A DNA stretch of 64,000 nt from sequence record PZ452611.1. One strand, written 5' to 3'. Origin of the DNA: a phage. The notes under the pieces are model-generated. The model saw only the letters and a list, made by a program, of their open reading frames with translations. It made no database searches and was not told the DNA's origin. Below, piece after piece: positions 56,877 through 64,000 of this stretch. Position 1 is the stretch's first letter. Each line of letters starts with the position of its first letter. A program made the translations under genes and the position numbers.

Positions 56877-57363
56877 CATAAAGAATATAACTAAAATAAC
56901 TAAATAATAAAAAATAAAAGATCTAGTACTTATGGTACTAAAGTACATATACTTAACTTATGTAGAATATACTAGATCCTAAGTACCATGTTTTAAATTT
57001 ATTACTTACCATAGGTAGTGTCGGCCCTTCATTGGCACTCGCCTACGAGGGGCGAGATGCCGGGCCTCCGTAGTGCACACATGCAGGTCTGTTAACATGT
57101 GTGGGAGCGAAGCGATAGCGCAGGCCAAAGGCCGAGCACTAATGTGGACCACCGACGAAAGCTTGCCAGCGCCGTAAGGAGTCGGTTGAGAGCCTCCCGC
57201 GCGAGTTTGGATAAAGTTTATGTGTGGAAACGGACAATGAGGCCCCTAAATCGCTCCACAGCCATATAAACTATACCAAGTAAGGCAATCGCACCAGTTT
57301 GATAGAAAAGCTCGTTACAAAGCGATACAGTGAGTTTTTCTATAACTTGAAGAGGAGGCAGCT

Positions 57364-57942
57364 ATGAGTCCACGCAAAGATGACCGTGAAAAGATTGCAA
57401 AACGTTATCAGAATGAAGAACAGATGGAGAAAACTTTCAAGTGGAAGCCAGGTTTCCAGCGTAATCATTCTAACGCTCGTGATCGTAAGCATCCGGATAA
57501 GTGGTTAACACCGCCAAATGATGGCATGCAGGTTGGTGATGAGAAGGAGCTGTCACCTGGAAAAGATGGCAACTACATTCGCACTAAGGACGCTGGTCCA
57601 AAGGATGACAGCTATCTTGTAGATAAGGTTCTTGATGGTATCAATGTAGATGTTGACACTGCACGAAACCTTTTTCTTGGGTGGTATCGCACAGGTTTTT
57701 TCGACATCAAGGCTATTCGTCGTGTTTGTGATATTAAAAAGTCTGCATATGATGACGACTCGTTACATCGCACCCTGAGACAATATTCAGAAAGATATGG
57801 TCATCCGGTTATCACTCTTGACGATGTTAACGAAGTGATGTATCATGCAGAGGTTGTTGCAGGAAGATTTGGTGATGCATATCTTGATATCCTTTCTGCA
57901 AAGGATGAGGTAATGTTAAATAAGATTTACTATGAACGCTGA
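57364..57942 (+). CDS. hypothetical protein
   Basis: 192 aa, GAGGAGG RBS. Confidence 0.5.
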   Translation: MSPRKDDREKIAKRYQNEEQMEKTFKWKPGFQRNHSNARDRKHPDKWLTPPNDGMQVGDEKELSPGKDGNYIRTKDAGPKDDSYLVDKVLDGINVDVDTARNLFLGWYRTGFFDIKAIRRVCDIKKSAYDDDSLHRTLRQYSERYGHPVITLDDVNEVMYHAEVVAGRFGDAYLDILSAKDEVMLNKIYYER

Positions 57943-58141
57943 GGGGCGATTAATGAACAATCCGGTAGCAAAGAACTGTAATAAATTCAACAAGTCTGCT
58001 ATTCACACTGACAGGAAAAAGAGTTGGTTTCCTGACATTGACGAGGAGCTTGAGAGTTACTTTGAAGATTTAGTCACCAATGCGGATGAGGTTGCGATTA
58101 AAGAATACGCAGACAGGCGAGATAAGGCCGGAATCTGTTGA
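57932..58141 (+). CDS. hypothetical protein
   Basis: 69 aa ORF. Confidence 0.4.
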   Translation: MNAEGRLMNNPVAKNCNKFNKSAIHTDRKKSWFPDIDEELESYFEDLVTNADEVAIKEYADRRDKAGIC

Positions 58142-58217
58142 CAAAAATAATGTTACCTGATAAGATCTGCAATATGATGTGATACAATTTTAACTTACGA
58201 GGTCTACAGGTAATGCT

Positions 58218-58460
58218 ATGTTTAAGGTTAAGCTCGTTTTTCGTTCCATGAATGAGGATTATTTAGAAGATGAAGGTGAATTTCGTGCACTGGATGATGC
58301 AATAGATTTTGCCAACGACTTAGCTTGTATGAATACGGGTTATGGGCTATGCTGTTGGGATGGTGGTGTTCAGATCGGTGATAGCAAGATCTTCTACTTC
58401 TACCCTGAGCCTGATAACAAACAAATTAAGTATGTTTTATTTATTTGTGCTTTACAATGA
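58218..58460 (+). CDS. hypothetical protein
   Basis: 80 aa ORF. Confidence 0.4.
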   Translation: MFKVKLVFRSMNEDYLEDEGEFRALDDAIDFANDLACMNTGYGLCCWDGGVQIGDSKIFYFYPEPDNKQIKYVLFICALQ

Positions 58461-58747
58461 GGTTGTTTTCGTGTATCATGATGAATATCCAATTTAAAGA
58501 TGAATTTGATGGCTTTATCTCCGGATGCTTTGAAACAGGGTTCGGAGAAGGCTGAGTTCCCCTTAGAGGGCTTGATAGTGCACCACACTTAAAATGGTAG
58601 GGGCAGCCAGCACATGACGATGTGACCCCAGCCAACCTGTAATAAGGTCGAGCCAAAGTGCGGTAATGGGCTCTGGTAACCCACTTGTTGGGTCTTGCTG
58701 GTCCAGGACGCTGGACAAGTCGCAGGGAATACCACCCTGCGGCGAAC

Positions 58748-58776
58748 TTGACAATCAGTATTTGCTATGATAAAAT
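58748..58776 (+). promoter_or_regulatory. sigma70-like promoter TTGACA-N17-TAAAAT
   Basis: upstream of gene 58805 with RBS GGAGGAAAC. Confidence 0.5.
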
Positions 58777-58804
58777 CCACCTATCACGTGATAATGGAGG
58801 AAAC

Positions 58805-59143
58805 ATGGCGGATACAACTAAAAAGCGTCGCCGTAGAGGCAGACCTCTGAAAGAGGAGTCCAACGCCATTCAGCTAGAGAAGAACATCCTTGATATGAAG
58901 GAATCTTTTATAGCGATGGTTCCAGAAGCTCACAAAGTTTTAAGAGAGCTGATGTTGGACCCGAAAACCAAACAAAATATTCGTCAAAGCATTGCAGAGT
59001 ATGTTCTTGATAAGGCAGACCGAATGCAGGAAGAATATGATGAGATGTTTGGTGAAGAGGAAGAGGTGGTAGTGGAAGAGGCTGAAAAACCAGCACCTTT
59101 TATGCCATTTACTACAGAAATACAGCCTGTTAGCAATAGCTAA
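58805..59143 (+). CDS. hypothetical protein with Lys/Arg-rich N-terminus
   Basis: start at MADTTKKRRRRGRP (track 58685). Confidence 0.5.
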   Translation: MADTTKKRRRRGRPLKEESNAIQLEKNILDMKESFIAMVPEAHKVLRELMLDPKTKQNIRQSIAEYVLDKADRMQEEYDEMFGEEEEVVVEEAEKPAPFMPFTTEIQPVSNS

Positions 59144-59239
59144 AATATTTTCTTGACAAACTTTGCTTAACAGTGTAATATTGTAAACATGGTCTCCCAC
59201 CTTTTCTGGCGGCTAAGGTGTAAAAGAAAGCCACCCAGT

Positions 59240-59314
59240 GCCCTGTTAGCTTAGTGGATAAAGCAGCGGCCTTCTAAGCCGTTGACACTGGTTCGAGTCC
59301 AGTACGGGGTGCCA
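59240..59314 (+). tRNA. tRNA-Arg (anticodon TCT)
   Basis: hand-folded cloverleaf: 7 bp acceptor with two G-U pairs, anticodon loop CTTCTAA, T-loop TTCGAGT, CCA encoded. Confidence 0.75.
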
Positions 59315-59318
59315 AATT

Positions 59319-59405
59319 GGGGAGTTATCCCGTAGAGGTAGCGGTGTAGACTGTAAATCTATTGTCATTGCGACTCGGGTGGTTCGACTCCACCACTCCC
59401 CACCA
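59319..59405 (+). tRNA. tRNA-Tyr (anticodon GTA)
   Basis: perfect 7 bp acceptor GGGGAGT/ACTCCCC, loop CTGTAAA, long variable arm, T-loop TTCGACT, CCA. Confidence 0.8.
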
Positions 59406-59519
59406 AATTTATATTTTTAGATGCATAAATAATACAGATAATGGCATTGATATTTATCGTCGTTTATACTAGTCACTAACTGCTCGAAAATCAGTGTCAT
59501 TATCAGTATAATTTATAAA

Positions 59520-59610
59520 GGAGGGTAGGGAGCAATGGTGCTCAAGCGGTCTTGAAAACCGTCCCGTTGAGGATGACTCGATGATGGTTCGATTCCATTA
59601 CTCTCCGCCA
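59520..59610 (+). tRNA. tRNA-Ser (anticodon TGA)
   Basis: acceptor GGAGGGT/ACTCTCC, loop CTTGAAA, long variable arm, T-loop TTCGATT, CCA. Confidence 0.75.
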
Positions 59611-59708
59611 CATTGTTGACCTTGTAATTAAGCGAAAGCCGGAAGCAGAACCGGATTATCAAATGTTACAGTCGTCATCGCCGACTAGCAACATGGTCAA
59701 CATACTGA

Positions 59709-59805
59709 GCTAGGTAAGCCCTTTGGCAAGGGCGAGGATTTTTAATCCTGAAAATAGACGAGGTAGTCGTTGAATACATAGGTGGTTCGATTCCATCACC
59801 TAGCA
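59709..59805 (+). tRNA. aberrant tRNA-like element (possible tRNA-Lys TTT-like with about 30 nt extra arm)
   Basis: perfect acceptor GCTAGGT/ACCTAGC, canonical D-arm and T-arm (GGTGGTTCGATTCCATC), anticodon-like loop TTTTTAA, but 30 nt insertion between anticodon and T arms. Confidence 0.35.
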
Positions 59806-59812
59806 CCTTTTT

Positions 59813-59888
59813 GCTGATGTAGCACAATCGGTAGTGCAATTGATTTGTAATCAATAGGTTGTAGGTTCAAGTCCTGCCATCAGCACCA
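59813..59888 (+). tRNA. tRNA-Thr (anticodon TGT)
   Basis: acceptor GCTGATG/CATCAGC, loop TTTGTAA, T-loop TTCAAGT, CCA. Confidence 0.8.
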
Positions 59889-59889
59889 A

Positions 59890-59964
59890 GGCCCTGTAGC
59901 TGGAAGGTTCAAGCAAGCGACTCATAATCGCCAGACGGTGGTTCAATTCCACCCAGGGCCACCA
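59890..59964 (+). tRNA. tRNA-Met (anticodon CAT; Ile-lysidine type not excluded)
   Basis: acceptor GGCCCTG/CAGGGCC, loop CTCATAA, T-loop TTCAATT, CCA. Confidence 0.75.
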
Positions 59965-59975
59965 AATAGTAAATA

Positions 59976-60052
59976 CTCCGCGTAGCTCAGCTTGGTAGAG
60001 CGCCTGATTTGGGATCAGGAGGTCGAGTGTTCGAATCACTCCGTGGAGACCA
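59976..60052 (+). tRNA. tRNA-Pro (anticodon TGG)
   Basis: C1-G72 acceptor, D-arm GCTCAGCTTGGTAGAGC, loop TTTGGGA, T-loop TTCGAAT, CCA. Confidence 0.8.
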
Positions 60053-60098
60053 CTTTCAGTTATACTTTAAACATATATAAACAAAAGGAACCTTTAAA

Positions 60099-60368
60099 AT
60101 GTATACACTTAAAATTGTAGAGCGTGTAAATCCAACCCATACCGTAGATTTTCGTGACGATTTCAATCCTCTGGCTGTAAATCTTCGAGAGTCATATCAT
60201 GAACTCAGCTGCGATGCAGTGGTGGTCTTTTTTGAAGACAACTCTGAAGGGGCGGTAGCTTGTGTTGTTGATAGTGAGCAGAAGTTTTATATTTACAGAG
60301 ATGTAGATGCATACTTGATGAATGAAAACGCAGTTACTGTTAGAATCATCCACCGAGTGCCTCGATAA
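60099..60368 (+). CDS. hypothetical protein
   Basis: 89 aa, AAAAGGAAC RBS. Confidence 0.45.
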   Translation: MYTLKIVERVNPTHTVDFRDDFNPLAVNLRESYHELSCDAVVVFFEDNSEGAVACVVDSEQKFYIYRDVDAYLMNENAVTVRIIHRVPR

Positions 60369-60423
60369 GTATTAGTCTCCTTTTAGTTAGTTTCGATCTA
60401 TTTAGGTTACTCAATTTTAACCC

Positions 60424-60457
60424 GCCCCGTTAGCTGTATAGCTGCGGGGTTTTTTCG
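60424..60457 (+). terminator. rho-independent terminator
   Basis: CCCCG...CGGGG hairpin followed by TTTTTT. Confidence 0.7.
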
Positions 60458-60473
60458 TTTCTGGAGCCTTAAA

Positions 60474-60872
60474 ATGATTTCAGGTTTAACATGGCTGAGT
60501 AGGTATAGAGGGATCATAAAAGGTTTAGTTTTTGCAGCGGCTATAGGTACAGCTTATCTTGGGGCCGTGTATTGGTTTAACTCTAAGCTTAATGAAGCCT
60601 ACCAAGAAGGTGTGTTAGCAACAGAGTTGAAGTGGGAACGGATCCTTGATCAGCAACAAAAGCAGGCCGACAAAATTAAAATGGGCCACGCAGAGGAGGT
60701 TAAAAACCTTGAAAAATCCCTTTCTGATCTACAGGATAAATTAAATATAGCTGAGAGGGCAGGTAGAGAAAAGCAGATTATCTACCTCCAATCACCTGAA
60801 GGTAAGAAGTCAACACTTCCTGATCAGCTTATAGATATTTATAATGAGAGTATCAATCAGGAGGATCGATGA
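60474..60872 (+). CDS. i-spanin (Rz-like), putative
   Basis: N-terminal TM helix then coiled-coil domain; overlaps downstream lipoprotein gene. Confidence 0.55.
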   Translation: MISGLTWLSRYRGIIKGLVFAAAIGTAYLGAVYWFNSKLNEAYQEGVLATELKWERILDQQQKQADKIKMGHAEEVKNLEKSLSDLQDKLNIAERAGREKQIIYLQSPEGKKSTLPDQLIDIYNESINQEDR

Positions 60873-61156
60873 GAGTTGCCACACTGTTTATTGCGTGCTT
60901 GTTATTATGTGGGTGTGCAACCAGCGTTGAGAGAGAATACAAGATTGACCCTCCGGATGTAGGAAGGTTGATTGTTAAACCCCCAGAAGGTGCCATGAAA
61001 CCACCTGCTAAAGCTATGCCTTTGAAGAAAGGTGCGCCAGATGCAGTGAATTCTGGCATTATGAGGGATAATAATCTGTCTTGTAGCAATGATAGAGCTA
61101 AATTGATCATTTTGCAAGACTATATTAGAACACTGTTTCCAAAGGAGAGAGGTTAA
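60869..61156 (+). CDS. o-spanin (Rz1-like outer-membrane lipoprotein), putative
   Basis: lipobox LLLCGCA, Pro-rich periplasmic segment. Confidence 0.6.
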   Translation: MRVATLFIACLLLCGCATSVEREYKIDPPDVGRLIVKPPEGAMKPPAKAMPLKKGAPDAVNSGIMRDNNLSCSNDRAKLIILQDYIRTLFPKERG

Positions 61157-61584
61157 TGTCTAAGATTTACGGACCGTGTTCTGAAAAGCAGAAGATGATC
61201 CTCGAAAACGATGCAGATATCTTGGTAATCGGCGGTGCAGCAGGGTCTGGCAAGTCGTTCCTCTTGCAGTTGATGCCACTTAAAATTATTGATGACCCCC
61301 ACAGCTCTGTGGTTATGTTCCGAAGAACAACCCCACAGTTGGAAGGTGAGGGTGGGCTATGGCCTAAAGCAGTAGCTATTTATAGTGATCTGCCTGAAAA
61401 CATTAAGCCAAAGTTTAGAGAGAAGGATCATAAGTTCATTTTTCCACGGTTTGATCCGAACACTGGCAAGTGGGATAGAAGCAAAAAGGGAGCTGTTGTA
61501 AAATACTGCCACATGGAGTATGTACAAGATAAGCTTAACCATCAGGGGCTTGAGTACACCATGGTTTGCTTCGATGAGGGTTAA
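61156..61584 (+). CDS. terminase large subunit, exon 1 (ATPase N-terminus)
   Basis: Walker A GGAAGSGKS, Walker B-like CFDE; frame closes at TAA inside putative intron. Confidence 0.6.
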   Translation: MSKIYGPCSEKQKMILENDADILVIGGAAGSGKSFLLQLMPLKIIDDPHSSVVMFRRTTPQLEGEGGLWPKAVAIYSDLPENIKPKFREKDHKFIFPRFDPNTGKWDRSKKGAVVKYCHMEYVQDKLNHQGLEYTMVCFDEG

Positions 61585-61587
61585 TTT

Positions 61588-61920
61588 GTAGCTCTCGTAA
61601 AACCTCCCTAATTGCGGGGAAATCTTTATTATTGACACCACCAACCTGTTATGGTAACATAATAGAGGCTTCGAAGAGAGATCGAAGGTATGGTAACAGT
61701 GTGTTAATTTAGATAATCCGCAGCGAAGCATCCGAGAGGATGAACGTTCAACGACTAGTCGAAAGACGTAGAATCAAGCGATTCGAAACGGGAGGGTAAG
61801 CGATTGTTGTCGCTTATAAGATATAGTCTGGTCTGCATGGAGACATGCAGCTGCCTGAGAATGGCGGGGCAAGACTAGCGACCTTGCCTGAACATAAACG
61901 ACACAATTCGAATGGGAGCA
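61588..61920 (+). mobile_element. group-I-like intron 1 (no ORF), boundaries approximate
   Basis: ORF-free insert between terminase frames; shares AATTGCGGGGAAATC and ATAGTCTGGTCTGCATGGAGACATGCAGC blocks with second insert. Confidence 0.5.
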
Positions 61921-61933
61921 GATAGACTATCTG

Positions 61934-62221
61934 ATGTCTCGTCTGCGATCTCAGTCAAAGTATCCATCAAGAATGGTTATCAGCTGTAACCCTGATTCAG
62001 AACACATGCTTGCCAAACTGGTTAGATGGTGGTTGGATGATGAAGGGTATCCAGATCCGGAGAAATGCGGTAAGAAAAGATATTTTATCCGACGCGACGG
62101 TGAATTTATTTGGGGAGACTCTAAGGAAGAGTTGATAGAGAAATACACCACGGTTAACGGACTGGGTGTAGAGATCAAGCCAAGACCGTTGTCATTCTCG
62201 TTCATAGGCGCAACCATTAAA
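61934..62221 (+). CDS. terminase large subunit, exon 2 (approximate)
   Basis: short reading frame (open from about 61898) between the two inserts; assigned by position, no terminase motif recognised in this segment. Confidence 0.45.
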
Positions 62222-62224
62222 TGA

Positions 62225-63194
62225 TAGTGGCTTCGTGCAGAAATGCACGTCGAATAACTTCGTTAATTGCTGGGAAATCCGATTGCTAAACGGACAATCA
62301 GCAGCTATAATTACCCTTCCGAACCTGTAGTAGGGAGATGTTTGAAATGAAAAATTTAGGCTTTTTAGGCTACAATCATTATTGTGCTACATACGATGGC
62401 AGAATTTACAGTCTGTATTCTAATAAATTCCTCCATCCTAATGTGCAGAAAAAGACTGGCTATGCTATGGTAACTTTGTGCGAGGACGGTAAAAAGTTCC
62501 AAGTGCTCGTTCACAGAGTGATTGCTATGACTTTTGTTGATAATGACAATCCCAGCGTGAAAACTCAAGTAAACCACCTAGATGGTAATAAGTTGAATAA
62601 CGCCGCATGGAACCTTGAGTGGACAACGCCTGAGGAAAACACACATCACGCTCATGAAATGGGACTTAAAAAGGACTATGTCAATAAATACAGGTCCCTG
62701 GATGATGCCACCGCTCTTGAAATATGTAGGCTGTTAGAGCAAGGCGCAAGGGTAAAAGACATTTGTGAAATGTTTGGTGTCAATCAACCACTTGTAAGTG
62801 GTATAAAGAATGGCTCAGTATACCCAGATATTTCTAAAGAGTTTAACTTTAGAAAAGTGCCAACCTCTAATCGGATAAGTGAGCACAAGATAATAGGTAT
62901 CTGCGAGGATCTTAGTGATAAGGTCTTGTGTGTAAATAAAATAGCTAAGAAGTGGGGAGTAAGTTTTAGTGTTGTTAAAGGAATAAAAGACCGTAAGACT
63001 TACACCTATATTTCAAACAATTACGATTGGTAATGTAGTTCAACGACTATCCTGAGAGGGAGTAGGGCGCAAGCTTATGGCGCTCGAAAAGCGAAGCACC
63101 CTGAAATGGGTGGTGATATAGTCTACTCTGCATGGTAACATGCAGCAGCACGTAAAGGTGCGGAAGGTGGTGTTGCGACCACCTTTGAATATAA
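62225..63194 (+). mobile_element. group-I-like intron 2 carrying HNH homing endonuclease, boundaries approximate
   Basis: conserved blocks shared with intron 1 (TTAATTGCTGGGAAATCC; ATAGTCTACTCTGCATGGTAACATGCAGC at 63118-63146); internal free-standing ORF. Confidence 0.55.
62338..63033 (+). CDS. HNH homing endonuclease (HNH_3 with C-terminal NUMOD/HTH-like repeats)
   Basis: VHRVIAMTF...NHLDGNKLNNAAWNLEWTTPEEN HNH motif. Confidence 0.85.
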   Translation: MFEMKNLGFLGYNHYCATYDGRIYSLYSNKFLHPNVQKKTGYAMVTLCEDGKKFQVLVHRVIAMTFVDNDNPSVKTQVNHLDGNKLNNAAWNLEWTTPEENTHHAHEMGLKKDYVNKYRSLDDATALEICRLLEQGARVKDICEMFGVNQPLVSGIKNGSVYPDISKEFNFRKVPTSNRISEHKIIGICEDLSDKVLCVNKIAKKWGVSFSVVKGIKDRKTYTYISNNYDW

Positions 63195-64000
63195 GGATTC
63201 GATAATCCTGTCTGCTTAAGAGACAACCCAGAATACCTTGCTTTTCTTGAAGGTCTGCCCGAGCTTGAAAAAGCCCAGCTTCTTCATGGCAACTGGTTTG
63301 CAAAGCCTGAGGGTGCAAACTATTTTCAAAGATCTTTCCTTCGTGATGCCGATAGAGTACCCCTTGGATCAGTATCTTGCAGGGCATGGGATAAGGCAGG
63401 AACCGAGAGAACTTCCGGTAATAAATTTCCTGACTTTACCGCCAGTATTAAGGTAAGTAAAGATAGCGACGGCTTTTATTACCTGTCCGGTGATTATTGT
63501 CCTGAGAACGTGGATGACGGGAGGTATTCCACAGGTCTGGAAGGCAAGTTCTGTAAAAAGGCTGGTGAACGAGATGTGATCATCAGGAAACAGGCGCAGT
63601 TTGATGGTGATGATTGTATAATCGTATTCTCTGTGGACCCTGGTCAGGCAGGTAAGAGTGAGTTCTTAACCTCATCCAGATCCTTGCTCGCCGAAGGGTT
63701 CAGGGTTGAAGAAGACCCAATGCCTTCCAACAAATCTAAACTGACAAGGTTCTCACCTTTTGCCAATCTTGCACAACAAGGAATGGTGAGGATTGTAAAA
63801 TCCAGTTTCCATCCTGATACTCTGGAAGCATTTCTGACTGAACTTGAAAAATTCAACGGGGAAAGATCAACATTTAACAGAAAAGACGACTGGGCCGACT
63901 GTGTAGCTTCTGCGATTAATTTCCTGGAGAAAGAGGAGGTAGCACTTCCTTGTGTGATTCCATCAATCTCATCACCTTCTATGTTCAAGCGTTTTATCTA
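63195..64000 (+). CDS. terminase large subunit, exon 3 (nuclease domain), truncated at window end
   Basis: open frame without ATG: LLHGNWF..., VFSVDPGQAGK..., RKDDWADCVASAINF typical of terminase nuclease domain; not in ORF track because no start codon. Confidence 0.65.

Noticed and set aside
58400-58780. Four mutually overlapping minus-strand ORFs (58400-58588, 58441-58656, 58563-58754, 58589-58780) and the upstream part of + ORF 58685-59143
   Set aside because: Overlapping frames in a GC-rich island without RBS; interpreted as non-coding, with the real gene starting at ATG 58805.
59851-60039. 62 aa minus-strand ORF in the track
   Set aside because: Lies entirely across the tRNA-Thr, tRNA-Met and tRNA-Pro genes; antisense artefact.
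63238-63456. 72 aa + ORF with TTG start
   Set aside because: Out of frame with the terminase exon 3 frame that carries the recognisable LLHGNW motif.
63644-63988. 114 aa minus-strand ORF
   Set aside because: Antisense to the terminase nuclease-domain exon, which has clear conserved motifs.

Overview
The window reads as a segment of a large virulent tailed-phage genome, not a bacterial chromosome. Three transcription blocks are visible: (1) 1-15412, + strand, about 45 small early-type genes, most with their own sigma70-like promoter (TTGACA-N16-18-TAnACT), a GC-rich 5'UTR hairpin and a strong RBS (AAAGAGGAAAACATCATG); (2) 15413-18016, a 2.6 kb ORF-poor, repeat-dense convergent zone with an iteron-like array; (3) 18017-55249, an uninterrupted 37 kb minus-strand block. 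Block 3 holds tandem families of small paralogous proteins, an HPF-like ribosome hibernation factor, two DNA methyltransferases, a ClpP-like protease, PhoH, a nucleotide-metabolism island (nrdG, nrdD, glutaredoxin, nrdB, nrdA, ThyX-like, HAD nucleotidase, dNMP kinase), recombination and replication nucleases (DEDD exonuclease, Endo VII-like, RuvC-like, flap endonuclease), a lambda-R-like endolysin, ATP-dependent DNA ligase, a Sir2 homolog and a T4 Rnl1-like RNA ligase. A divergent promoter region at about 55.3 kb starts a + strand block: P-loop polynucleotide-kinase-like protein, metallophosphoesterase, an HTH protein followed by four tandem 21-bp palindromic repeats, a cluster of six canonical tRNAs plus one aberrant tRNA-like element, a spanin pair, and a terminase large-subunit gene that appears split by two related group-I-like introns, the second carrying an HNH homing endonuclease. 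The candidates I consider most worth follow-up are the split RNA-repair module beside Sir2, the phage-encoded HPF, the covarying 5'UTR hairpins, the small-protein paralog arrays and the two repeat arrays (16.4 kb and 56.8 kb). All functional calls rest on motif recognition and recalled family sequences; no database search was run.
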